Origin: Raillietiella orientalis
Lineage: Eukaryota
Assembly (NCBI GenBank): GCA_036172245.1
Contig: JAYWIR010000038.1
Coordinates: 744,001 to 808,000 of the forward strand
Length of the DNA stretch: 64,000 nt
Direction: 5' to 3'
Shown here: positions 13,801 through 25,300 of the stretch, piece after piece
How positions within the stretch are numbered: position 1 is the stretch's first letter
Layout of the letters: each line of letters begins with the position of its first letter
The notes under the pieces: generated by a model
Database searches by the model: none
Told to the model about the DNA's origin: nothing
The model's input: the letters and a program-made list of their open reading frames with translations, nothing else
Translations under genes and position numbers: made by a program

Positions 13801-16800
13801 GGACCGCTCGATTCTGTTCACTGATATTGCCGGGGAAATCGATGTGTAAGCAAGGTCTGTTTTTCCGCGAAAGATCTGATTTCCGCGTTGTCATTTGCTC
13901 AAAGTGCGGACCTTGCCGTTTCCTCGACGGACACACCGCGTTTTCCGAGTACGGAACGCCCACGCAGAGTGTTCCAAGGAGTCTCAGCGTCTGTCCGCGT
14001 GAGTTTGGCAGCAATCGTTTCTTTAGATCTTCGCTGTTTGGTCACGAAATTCGACCGGTTTGGTTTTTGTTCGCCGGGCGCTCGAGAGACCTATGAAAAC
14101 CAGAGACAAAGTTGCCTCCAAACTTTCTTTGGATACGGAAAAATACCCTGGAGGATGTTTTGCTTTGCGATTACGAGTTTTCACTTCATATATTGTTTTC
14201 ATAGTGTGATTCTCTTTCTCATTCCCTCCCCCCCCCCCTCCTCCTTTCGTTCTCCCACGGTCCCCTTGTGGTGTAACTTCTCACTGCCCCCCCCCCCCCC
14301 GAACTTTTTAGAGAATTAGTTCTCATAGGATTGGTGCATTTGTTGCTTTTTCCCGTTTATGTATTTGGGCGTTTGCGCAGATTTATTTTTCAGCTGTAAA
14401 TTGTTTGTGAGGGAGATAGGCTGTTCGTCAAATCGCAGTTGTTCGTAGATACACGATTGACTTATCGTTGAGATAAAACCATTGACCCCAGTTCCGGGAC
14501 ACCCACTGTGCTTGCACGTAGATTGTTCTTCAGTAGATTGCATGTATTTGACGTGGGCACTGGTTCACCGAACGGAAGTGTGTCTTCTGAGATACTGGAG
14601 AAAGCAGTGGTATGGATGCTGTGTACAGACCGCAAGGTGACAGCTGGAGAGACCTGAGGTCAATGCGTAATCGTATCTCAGGTGATGTGACTTTTGTTAA
14701 GCTGTCGGGCAACGATGGAGGTGTTACCATCCCGACAAGGAGTTGCCATAATTGTCGTTCAAGTTTGTTTAAACGAATCAAGCTTTTCAAACCGAATAAA
14801 CTCGAGTCCCATGCCACGAAGAAAAACATTCATGGTGTAGCAAGTTAGCAATCTTTTCATTTAGAAAAGCGATCCAATTCGATTGCATGATTGATGCCTC
14901 ACCATTTGGATACTCTTGCTTATTTATAAGTTTTGTCAGTTTTGTTCCTTCCATTTTATAATTGACTGCAAAGTTGTTTCCTTCATTAGTGTACAGCGCT
15001 CTTCGGAATTTATCGCAATCACGTCTATTTTAACAAATTTGGAATACAAAATGAGCCTATTTTCAAATATTTTCAATGCCTTTCCGATGATTGTTTTATA
15101 TGAAACATTCATCCGTGTTTACTTGTCTTATGAAGCATTAGCCTTCTGCATACATTCATACGACTAAATTATTTCACATTCCTTCTAGGATACTGGCGTC
15201 AGTGTAAGGAAGCGTGTTATTAAAATCATGAAAGATGTTTGCATTGAGTGCCCAAATTATCCTCGGATTCCAGAAATGTGTGTTAAAATGATTAAAAGAA
15301 TCAATGATGAGGAAGGTATTAAACGACTGGTTCAGGAAGTTTTCCAAAATCTTTGGTTTACTCCCGTGAGTGGTAAAAGAATACACAAACAGATCTGTGC
15401 TGTCTTTTGCAGATCCCTGAGCATCTTCTCGAAATGGAAACTCTTCTAAGAAAGGTTATGAACATTACAGAGGTTGTAGCAGCCTGTCAAGAAACAGGAC
15501 TGGATTGGTTTGAACAGTTGTTGATAACGGTATATTTTTGTTTTTATTTATTTATTTATTTATGATACGAAAAGCGCAGTTTCCGAAGAACTCAAGTTTT
15601 CTTTTCAGTTGTTCAAACCTAAGGAAGATAAAGATAATTCTGTTAAAACTTCTGTTGAGTCCTTACCCGTATTATCTGCTTGTAAGCAGATCACAGATTG
15701 TTTGGTACAAAAAATTCTTCAACTGGAAGAAATTCCCGGGGATTTTGTGGATTGTAGTCACAACACTGATAAAAAGCATTGTCGTATAATTGCTTGTATC
15801 CAAACATTAGCAATGTTTGCCAAGATCTATCCCAAACTCTTAGTCACACATGCTCTCACGTTGCAACCATATCTCAGTCTTAAATGTCAGGTATGTCTTG
15901 AGAAGATTCAAGAATTCAGAGTAATTGCATAGTTGATTAGAACAAAGGGGATGATCTCATCATTAGTTGCGTTGCAAGGATTCTAGAATTAGTCGTTCCT
16001 TTGCTAGAACATCCTAGTGAAACATTCTTGGCGCAGTTAGAAGAAGATTGTGTCAAGTTGATTTTGCAGCATGAGAAAAATGTGGTCCAGAGTTGCATGT
16101 CCTGTTTAAGTGCAATTGTTAACAATGTTACTCATAATTATCGATTAATTAAGGATTGCTTTATTAAATACCTAAGTATTTTGCTGATCATCATTAATTT
16201 CAGTTAAACGATAATTTTAGAGATCATTCAGGAGTTCAAAGTGTTTCATGAAAACAACCTTCAGAAGCTCATCCAGCATCGCCCATGGTTTCGGAGGGCT
16301 CTATTCACAATCGGATTGCTTTTAAGGCACTTCAATTTTAAAAAACCAGAAGTTTATCAAGATCTGCAGGTTGGCTATATCGATCTTGGTTCATGTTTTT
16401 AAGGTTGTTGCCCAGTATAATGTGATTGATCAAGTTATGGATCTGCTGTTTTATTTCCTGGAACAGCCTGAGGAAGATATGCAAAATTATACTCTGCAAG
16501 CTGTAGGCTTTATCTGCATACAGTACAGTGAATTCATGTTGGGTGTGGAGTTGCGTGCAGTTTATAGTATGATGCTTACTCAGTCATTTGCCAGTGCAGT
16601 ACTCAAAATTCGGGTTCTCAATAATCTCGAAGTATATCTGGTAGAAGAAGAAAACAAAATGATTAAAGAAGATTTGGAATGTATGGCTGTGGCTTTGGGC
16701 TTCGTTTTATATTTCCGTGATTTTACTTTTCTTAGGGAGCAATCAGCCAAAATCAGAAAACATAAAGGAAATGGGAGAATTAACATCAGGCATGGCTAGC

Positions 16801-18387
16801 ACGGTTATTCAAATTTATCTCAAGGATATTCTGCAATCCTTTTTACATCCTCATTCAAATGTGAGGCGTGCAGCTCTTAAAGTGGTTCAGTTGATTGTTA
16901 CTCAGGGACTTGTGTATCCAATGGAGGTATGCTATAGACCGTTTCTAATTGTGTGATTCAGAGAATGTTATACATATAGATCTTACCATATTTGATATGC
17001 ATGAGCACAGACCAAGAGCAAACCATTGCGCACACGGCAGACAAATTACTTCAGGAAATAGAGAAAAAATTTCCAGGATTCACAGCAAGCAAAGCCATGA
17101 TTGGCATTAAGTTATCTTATGAATTTCAGAAGATTATTCAATCGAAAGATTCCATACAATTTATTAGGGGTTACCAAGAGCTCCCAAATAATCAAGATTC
17201 TCCAGTTGCTCTTAATGGATTTTTGTATTCACTCTTGCGTACTACTAAACATCAACGTCGTTCGATCGTACTTCAGATATTGAAGCAGTTTGAGGACTAC
17301 TCGGTAACATAATTCATGAGTGGTTGTCTAGTGTGCAAACATTTCAGAAGTACACAATATCACATTATCTCTACTTTGCGGATAATTTGGCGTATTTCCC
17401 ATACCAAGTGCTTGATGAATTGCTGTTCATGATCCATCATATTGATATCATTGTATCTGTATCAGGATCTAATGTTTTGCAAACATTTCGAGAGGTAATG
17501 TCATTTTTTTTTTAAAAAAAAAGAAAAAAAAAACTTTTCATGCTTCTGTATATTATTTGTATTTTTTAGAATCTTCAGACGCCAGTTGACACTGTTGAAG
17601 GAAAAACTGGTATAGAGGAAGATGACGACGACGACGTAGATTCCTTATACAAACGCTTGCCTGTAGATATAAAATTTTTGCAGGAATGCATGTTAATGTC
17701 TAGGGCCTGTTTGATTTTGCTTATGTTGAAACAGCATCTGAAGAGTTTATATGGTATAACTGATAAGTAAGGTCATTCATCTGTGAGAGTGAATATTAAC
17801 TGGTACTGTTTAGCAAAATAAGCCAGTACAGTCCTTCTGAGGTTGCTAAAGTCAATGAGAAAACAGTAAATAGAAAAAATCATGCCCGTTTCTCTCCAGA
17901 ATGTATTCTGATGCCAGTAAAGAAGGAAAACGATGATGATGTATCTGTGGTAGATGAAAAAAGAGAACTTATAATGCAATATTTACAGGTAATCGAGCAC
18001 TGCAGCCATTACCAATAAATCCAGTAGTTTAAGCATCTAATGATGCAACTAGATCCTGTAGAAGAGGAAGATGCACCCCAACACCAAACCACGTTACCAA
18101 ATGATGATGAATCTTCTGTTAAGCCCACGCAAAAAACTGATGCAGGCGACGTTTTGGTACATAACTCTCACTTTGATTTTTCTAGTGTCCTGTAGGTCTC
18201 TCACGGAAAAATATCTCCCAAAACACCAATAGCAAATTCGAAATTAACGAAGCAAATTTTAACCTCAAGTAAAAAACTAATGAGCAAATTGGAGAAACAA
18301 AGGAAGAAGAAGAAGAAGAAAAGACGTATCTTAGATTCAACAGATGATAGTGATTTGTGTGATTCCAACAGTGATCCAGACTACTAG
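603..18387 (+). CDS. NIPBL: Nipped-B / NIPBL (Scc2) cohesin loader, 5'-partial, multi-exon
   Basis: Phase-consistent exons: 603-752, 2639-2812, 3737-3927, 4804-5032, 5139-5293, 5344-5424, 9157-9402, 9467-9682, 9833-10021, 10068-10296, 12905-13134, 13180-13425, 15189-15365, 15413-15529, 15609-15890, 15941-16175, 16221-16369, 16404-16680, 16736-16926, 16980-17303, 17348-17494, 17570-17766, 17814-17988, 18028-18156, 18196-18387 (TAG). Peptides match NIPBL motifs: DYRPLFENFIQDLLITVNRPEWPAAELLL, AVRARAMKCLTMIVEADPSVL, DHSTSVREAAVDLVGKF, DTGVSVRKRVIKI, QGLVYP, ADNLAYFPY, LLMLKQHLKSLYG. The first exon (603-752) is supported only by splice sites and phase. Confidence 0.96.
7794..8229 (-). CDS. Putative antisense exons of an unknown gene nested in a Nipped-B intron
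   Basis: Two stop-free segments, 8229-8050 (60 codons) and 8009-7794 (71 codons + TAA, acidic), are joined in phase 0 by a 40-nt GT..AG intron (8049-8010). No homology recognised and no start codon found. Confidence 0.3.
10757..10798. repeat. Poly(T) tract, 42 nt
   Basis: Uninterrupted T run inside Nipped-B intron 10297-12904. Confidence 0.9.
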
Positions 18388-18680
18388 AAATGACTAAATT
18401 ATCAGTATTCAGATTTTAAAAGTCTGACAAACTAGTCACAAACATAGAGCTCAGCCTTGCTTTATGGTATGCTTTGTCATTATCTTGTTGGAAGCATTCC
18501 AACTATTTCTGTCATACAGGACGAGAGATATTTATATAAACTAGCCAAAATCATTATTCTTGAAGTAGGAATTCATTTTCTATTTTTAAAACATGTATTC
18601 CAACCTTGTATGCTAACTGTAGCTACTTGTATTTCATCCCATGTATAAATGGATATTATGACAAGATTCTTTATATTTAA

Positions 18681-18686
18681 AATAAA
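18681..18686 (+). promoter_or_regulatory. Candidate polyadenylation signal of Nipped-B
   Basis: AATAAA about 300 nt after the stop codon, followed by T-rich sequence and just upstream of MED8. Confidence 0.45.
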
Positions 18687-18981
18687 TATATTTTAGAAAT
18701 TTTCTGTATTGAAAAAAAACTTGATTTTTGTCAATTAATCTATCAGTTGTTTGTATAAAAAAAAAAAAAAAAAGATCGTCTTTATAAAATACGAGCATAC
18801 ACGAGATCATTTACAAACAGACATACACAGTGGAAATAGTGAGTCAATGCTGTTGAATTTAGCACTGTTAATGTCAACTTGAAAGACCTTATTGGAAGGA
18901 GACATTAGTCGCAATTAAAAACTTCCAATGTCGTGACTTGCTGTCGAGTTTCTCACGACTCTTTTCAGAATCTTTGAAGTC

Positions 18982-19910
18982 ATGCAGGTAAGTTGCTTTA
19001 ACCAGCAGTTATGCAGTTTTCTATCGAAAAGCTAGCACGACCAACATATTTTGGAGACGGCTGTTGATACTCTGATAAGTAGGTTGCAAGATCTGAGACA
19101 GTCTGTATCAGATAGTATACGCAAATTCGAATATCAACAGGAAAATGTCACATGGCCATCGGTCCTCGACAGCTTTGCATTGCAATCTGGCCAGGTACCA
19201 AAATGCTGTCCATAGCAGTAGTTGTACTCTTAATTACACCAGCTGAATTCCGTTCTTAAAGTTTTAAAGAATGTGAAAACAATTCCATTACGAAATTACC
19301 TGGCTTTGCCTTTGCTCTTAAGCCAAGAAAATGATGAAAACTTATGTAAATTGAGTGAAGGACGATTAAGCATTTTTAGTCATGATGTAGTACCTGATTA
19401 CTTACGTACTAAGCCCGAACCAGAAGTAGAGCAAAAAAAGCAGCAATTAGAAAGCAAAGTTGTGCTTATGAATGCAGATACTGGGCAGGTAACTTGCAAT
19501 ATGACTTAAGTGGGGTGTTTTATTAATAACAGAAAGTACTGAACACACTCAACAAAATTGTAAATCATGCCTTAGAACTATTGCAACAAGCAAAGGAAGA
19601 TTGGGAAAGTGAAATCAATAGCAAGTCCATGCTGTCAGCTACTTTCAATTCATCAGATACTCAAAACCTCATATCTGCTATTTCTTTAGGCAAAGGATTG
19701 AAGCCACACAATCATATGGTTTCAGTAACACCACTGATCAGTAATGGCACTGGAAGCCAACCAGCTGGGAGTCCCCAAAGTATGTTCGTTCTCACTAAAT
19801 GTTTTCTTTTACTACAGAGACAGTCAGGTAGTGCTGTTACAAAAGCACCAAGCTCAGTCAAAACCACCATAAAAGCTGCAAGTTCTGCTTCCCATCCATA
19901 CAACAAATAA
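18982..19910 (+). CDS. MED8: Mediator of RNA polymerase II transcription subunit 8
   Basis: Exons 18982-18987 (ATG CAG|gtaagt), 19036-19194, 19243-19488, 19533-19910 (a possible extra intron near 19725-19827 is ambiguous). Motifs TWPSVLDSFALQSGQ, EGRLSIFSHDVVPDYLRTKPEPEVE, DTQNLISAISLGKGL and C-terminal KAPSSVKTTIKAASSASHPY match metazoan MED8. Confidence 0.95.
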
Positions 19911-20377
19911 AACATGGTTTGACTTAAGTTTCAATCTTTATTTACATGAAGTTAGTATCTTGCATCTGTTCATCAAGCAATGTGTAGGATTTGGCAGAAC
20001 CAGCTATGAACTTTAAAAACAAACATCCTTAGGAATATGCAAACAGAAAGATAGATTCCTTATGGAGATGGAGCACTTTGAACACATGGATGACAGCTTT
20101 TAAAATGAAAGCTCTTCAAGCTAGTCTGTGTACCACAAAAGACGAAAGTAAAATAAAAAAAAATAAATAAAAAAACAGCCAGCATTGGTCAAGCAAATTT
20201 TGAAGAAAAAGAATAATAATAATTGGTATATATATACTTAAAACGAATGGGTAAAATTTAAAATTTATGCAGATCTTGGAACTGCCTTGCACAAATATTG
20301 TCTTGTAACTGTTGCTTAACTCTGAAATGAAATTGCTGTATAACCATGTAGCACATGGAGGATTACATTACTTTATT

Positions 20378-21384
20378 CTAAAAGCCACACCCTACTAGAT
20401 AATCACCAAGCTTTTCAACCACCGAAGCAGCTTGCTGTGGCTGTATAGGTTCTTCGTATACACAGATGACCACAGCTAAAATTTTCAAGTGACACATTAA
20501 CCAAACATATCCTCCCATGGCAAAAAGTTCGCAATTCAGAACAAATACCTTGTGTTGTCTTCACACAGTGAAAACCAGTTTTATTTCTCTTGGCTCGAAG
20601 TATTTTGTCTGTTCCAGATAGATAAATGTATCTTGTTCCTGATACGACTAATCCTGATTCCTGAAGGATACTGGGATCTTCAAATCCTTGAAGAATTTTC
20701 ACGACTTCTTCTTGAGTAACCTACATCACACAGCAAAGTGCACACAATTAGCTTACTGTGAAATGCACTTTGTGCATCCCACTAACATGCAATTTTAACG
20801 TAACTTACAAATGTTTCTAGTAAAGTGATGGCAACGTGTGCTACTATCTCTTACAACTGACAGATGACACTTCCGTGGAAATTGAAACGAAACAACGTTC
20901 CCGAGCAAACACAAAAAACTTAATTACTTGTATTAAAGTATTACACGTAAACGCAAAGTAAGTATTGCATGTAGACGAAACGAGGATATCGAAAATCTTT
21001 ACATACTGCAAAAGAAACGAAAACAAAAACACACACAAAAAAAAAAAAAAAAAACAAGTGCGGGTGCAAGTAACCAAAACATCGAATGAAATCTTAAAAC
21101 CCTGCTTTTCATTTGGAGGAGTGTTTTTCCGAAAGAAAATATACATTTACATTATTTAGGCACTTATTACCTACACAGAACTTGTTTTTTAATTAACAAC
21201 GGAACCCAGGGAAGCTCTCTACATCTTTGATATGCAAAAACGTTAAGAATCTTTTTTTACTTGGTACACTTACATTGAAACCCTTTGACTTCGCCCAAAC
21301 TCCACCATCATGCCCTGCTATGGCAGCATGTTTAACACAATTAGTACTTATTAATTGTTTATCAATGTAGTCCTGCCAACTCAT
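20378..21384 (-). CDS. chic: Profilin (chickadee-like), 126 aa
   Basis: Exons 21384-21274, 20720-20549, 20475-20378 (TAG), canonical GT-AG. Protein [11 protein letters not shown]...[14 protein letters not shown]...[17 protein letters not shown]...[37 protein letters not shown] is a typical arthropod profilin. Confidence 0.97.
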
Positions 21385-21898
21385 TACTACAATTAACACA
21401 ATCAGCAAAAATTAACATAAACCGGTATAACCTTTACGATATTCCACCAACGACTGTCACAATCGCAAGGATAATCTAGTAATCTTCCGCTGGCGTGCAC
21501 TAACACAAAGAATTAAACCTGCAAAAGAAAAACTTGAAACACAAATTGGTAGATTCAAAATTTACACAATGGACAGACATCGAATAAATAAAATGTATGC
21601 AGTTCAGTAATTTTAAATGAACTATCTTCTATTTAATCACTTCCGGAAGAAGATATAAAAAGATCATCTTGCGCTCACAGTGGTTCAGCATGTCAGTATC
21701 TGCCATCTATATTTATAGCTTTATCTAATTTTAAGAATTGTAAAGTATATATAGAAAGAGTAGTTTTCGAGGAGAACATTTCACTTGAATTTATGCACCT
21801 CTGTTACTCTTCACCTCTTTTCATTCATTTGTTCCTCGATTCGACGGAATATAAGCCTTCTGTGTATTGATGAATATAGTTAAAATCACATTTCCAAG

Positions 21899-22358
21899 GC
21901 TACACGGTGCATTTGTTGAAGTCCCATGCCCCAGGTAGCCGATGTACACACTCTTCACTCTATGGCGTCGCAGAAAGAGTGGAATTCGATTTGCATCAAT
22001 TCGACGTTTCGTCCAGAAGGCAATGTGAAGAAGAAAGAGTAGCTTTCCCAACTCACAGGATGCAAGTCTTGAAAAACAAAAAGCTATTTCCTAATGCTAA
22101 TTTGCACTGTTTGCTTTGTAGGATGTCCCTGCCTGCTTACGTGCAGACTTGGGTTTGAGCATTGCCCATCTCCCATGTTCTGTGATTTTCACATTTCTTA
22201 TTCTGTCTTATGTAGCGAGGGCACCTGTGTTAAGGAGAATAAGCGATGATGTGTTCATATGGTTTTCAAGCCGATCCGCCGGGATGTTTTCCTACGGGGT
22301 GGATGTCTTTGAACATCGTTATCCTTGCAAGTCTTGGACTCACCCTTGCAAGTCTTAG
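21899..22358 (+). CDS. Putative divergent CUB-domain-like protein (5' end unresolved)
   Basis: Three phase-consistent exons (21899-22065, 22122-22152, 22216-22358) with good polypyrimidine acceptors but weak donors (gtcttg, gtttga). Translation: ..SHAPGSRCTHSSLYGVAERVEFDLHQFDVSSRRQCEEERVAF..DVPACLRADL..SDDVFIWFSSRSAGMFSY.. Cys and hydrophobic spacing resemble the CUB consensus by eye. Confidence 0.4.
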
Positions 22359-25300
22359 TCGCAACAACCAGAAGAAGAAGAAGGTGAATTGATCCATAGT
22401 TTAATCAATGTTGAGGAAGGAAAATAAACAACATGGACTGTCCGGTTGTGCCAGATGGGGAGGAGTCGATATAAAAATGGAACAAAATTATTAAAAAATG
22501 TCTCAAGCTTGGATGCCATCTTTTTTAGAGAGTAAAACGTTGACTACTAAGGAAAACGAAGATGTCTTTACTCATCATGATGACTGATGAGCCAACTGTT
22601 TTAAGCATAATTGTCAAAACGCAAATTTGGTGAGTCAAACTCAGTTATCAGAGTGTTAGTTGAAAAGTTCAGCTTCAACACCCTGGTGCGTTTCCGAGAA
22701 TATCCTGAAGTGTTTCAACTCCAATTGAAAAGGGGAGAACTCAATTGCATAAATGTCTGCGTGTTTCTAGCTCCAAAGCAGAAACCAAGCAATGTTCAAC
22801 TACGCCAAGTTTCACGAAAATTCGCAACCAGAGACAGCCAGCTCCTACCGCACATACTGGAAGACCGAATTGGTTTGTCTTTCCAACATCAGAATCGGTT
22901 TCGAAAGCATTTTGCAGCAAACACCATCGCAAGTTCTCGCCGTTCATTTCGTGATACAAATATAGATATTGAGTTCTCAAACCAAATATTTCCTTTCAAA
23001 ATATCCAGAAACCAGACATCGGAATCGGTAAGACTTTTTGGCTGGAAAAAAAAACAAAAAACAAAAAGGAAAAAAAAAAAACACGCGCGCTGTCACGAGT
23101 CACAATCCTTTCTTTGTTCATTCTTAAGTTCGGACTTGTTCGCAAAAAAAGTCCCTTGGAAAACGCGACTTAAGTTTCCTTCGTCAGAATCTGCACTCAA
23201 CAGGGTTGCCATCGCTGTTCGTGTGCTCAACTAAAGACAAACCAAAGGCACGAAGGTGTTGGACCGAGAAGATGCTGTGCCAGTTGGAAGCGTCGAAAAG
23301 GGGGAAAAGGATCCTCAAAAGAATTGTCCATGCGAGTTTCACCTCGGTTTTCGTAACCAAGTCTGCCTGGTGTGGAGAGCTTCGGAAAGCTCTCTTAGTG
23401 GATCAGCACTTCGTTTGTACGTTAAGATAATCTCTGCTCGAGGCACAGATTTTTCCCGAAAGCCAAATTCCGTATCATGCACTTACTTTCGATGACGAAA
23501 ACTTGCACGAAACGTTCGAGATAAAGCAGGCACACCGATCTGCAGATGAGCTCCTCTAAACGCACAGAAGGCAACTCGGTTTCATTCTCGTAATTTTGGA
23601 AACTGCAAGCCTCGGCTGCAGTGATCAGCGAGAGAGGAGTGAATGAGAATTTCGCGTTTGATGCGAGAAGAATACGAACTGGTGTCCGCAGAAATCTCTT
23701 ATTGAAATACGCTGCCCGTTTGATCCCGTGATCGTTTAAGATGTGAATGAGCAAATAAATCAGTTTTCCGGCAACGAGTTTTTTTTTTTTTTTTTTTCTT
23801 CCCCAAATTCCTTCGTTTGACCTACGGCACAAAAGTGAATCCAATGTTCTGAGGGTTTTTTCCTGATGGTTCCGGGTGAGCCATCCAAGTGTTATTATGG
23901 AGGGCCTTCCTTCTGAGCTAGCCTCTTTTTTTTTTTTTATCACGGTGAGAACGAAACATAAATATTGTCAAAAGGACATAAAATTGCCTTTGAATGTGAA
24001 AAACAGTGGATGCGCTGCACTAATAGAAAGTTTTTTTTTTTTTTTCCATTGGAGAAGTTATTCACAAGATTTCCAGGAATACGAACGAAGGATCGAAGAT
24101 AAATTAATGCTCTCGTGGTTCTTGGAATTCAACTTGGATGTGCTTTCATTGAATGCGTAGGTGAGCAACGAATGCTGCTGGAGAAGAAGTTGTCATATTA
24201 CTTCCTGACCAGTTGCTCTTGGAGTTGACCAACTGCTGCAACGAAAGCAGCATATGGATGAAGTTCCCAAAATGTGCTTCCATTGGTAGCAAATACGCCT
24301 TGGATGCTTGGGTGGCTTCCGGGTGAAATTTCAGGGCAGTCACCAGCATCATCTCACCTCAACTTGCCATCCAGCTCACGGACAGGCTGTCGAGTCCGAA
24401 CCGTCATCCAAACTAAAATGATAGTTTCGTCAGAACCTAACCGTTGCTCTGGGCTGTGTGCTTAATTCTACACGGCTGCGAAATTTGTCCTTAACTATTT
24501 TTATGTATCCTTAAATAGATGACAAGGATGAGCACTCGTATTGAAGGGAACAAGGAAAACGGGAGTTACCCAAGAATAGTGGTGTTTATTTTCTGAAAAC
24601 ATGAAAGCACAACTGTCATCACTGATCTCACGAGGCTCAAGTGTATCATTCTCTTCGTCACAGTGGCTAATGAACACCACAGCCCGAGCTCCCTTCGACT
24701 TTCCTTCAGAGCTCGGATAATTTCAAGATGGTGCGATGGCTGCAGAAGCCGGAGATGTATAAGAGAGCCGAGCACCCCACGAGTAAAGATCTGAGTGAAG
24801 ATGTCGCGTAGAAGTCGGTTGCTGATTTGTAAGGTGTGCATCATTCTGCTCCCAGAGTGAATCGATGACGCTTGTACACGCTGCGTTACTCCACAGAAGA
24901 AGCGAACGGAATCACACGGAGCCGAAGACGTGACGAATGCGGCTTGGTGTGACCGCTGAGACTACACGGAAGCCTTGGAGTTTGCCACAGTTTGCCAAAT
25001 TACAAAACAATTTACTGCTGACACCGCGTTTCGCCCGCAGCTGTCATTCGAAGCGGGGAAGGCGTTCCGGGCTACTCGACTGGCCACGTGGTGGAAGATC
25101 CGCATCAAGTGATCCCGCAGGAAGTTCCAAGGAGATGAGCAGCAGCGTCCTCTCAGGGCACTTCGGAAGCTCCTTTATGACTCTTCGTGTCTGCTGCCGC
25201 CTCCGAGCTTCAGTGACGTTTCAAATAGCGAGGCATAGAGTTTTCTTTGGGAATCGACAATGTCTTGGAGACTTGGCCTTCCCTCCCTTCCTCGTGAGAG

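Noticed and set aside
12483..22590. In-frame TGA codons (12483 minus; TGA TGA near 22585) suggesting recoding or selenocysteine
   Set aside because: No conserved exon of Nipped-B, MED8, profilin or MMP contains an in-frame TGA, and no SECIS was evident; chance is more likely.
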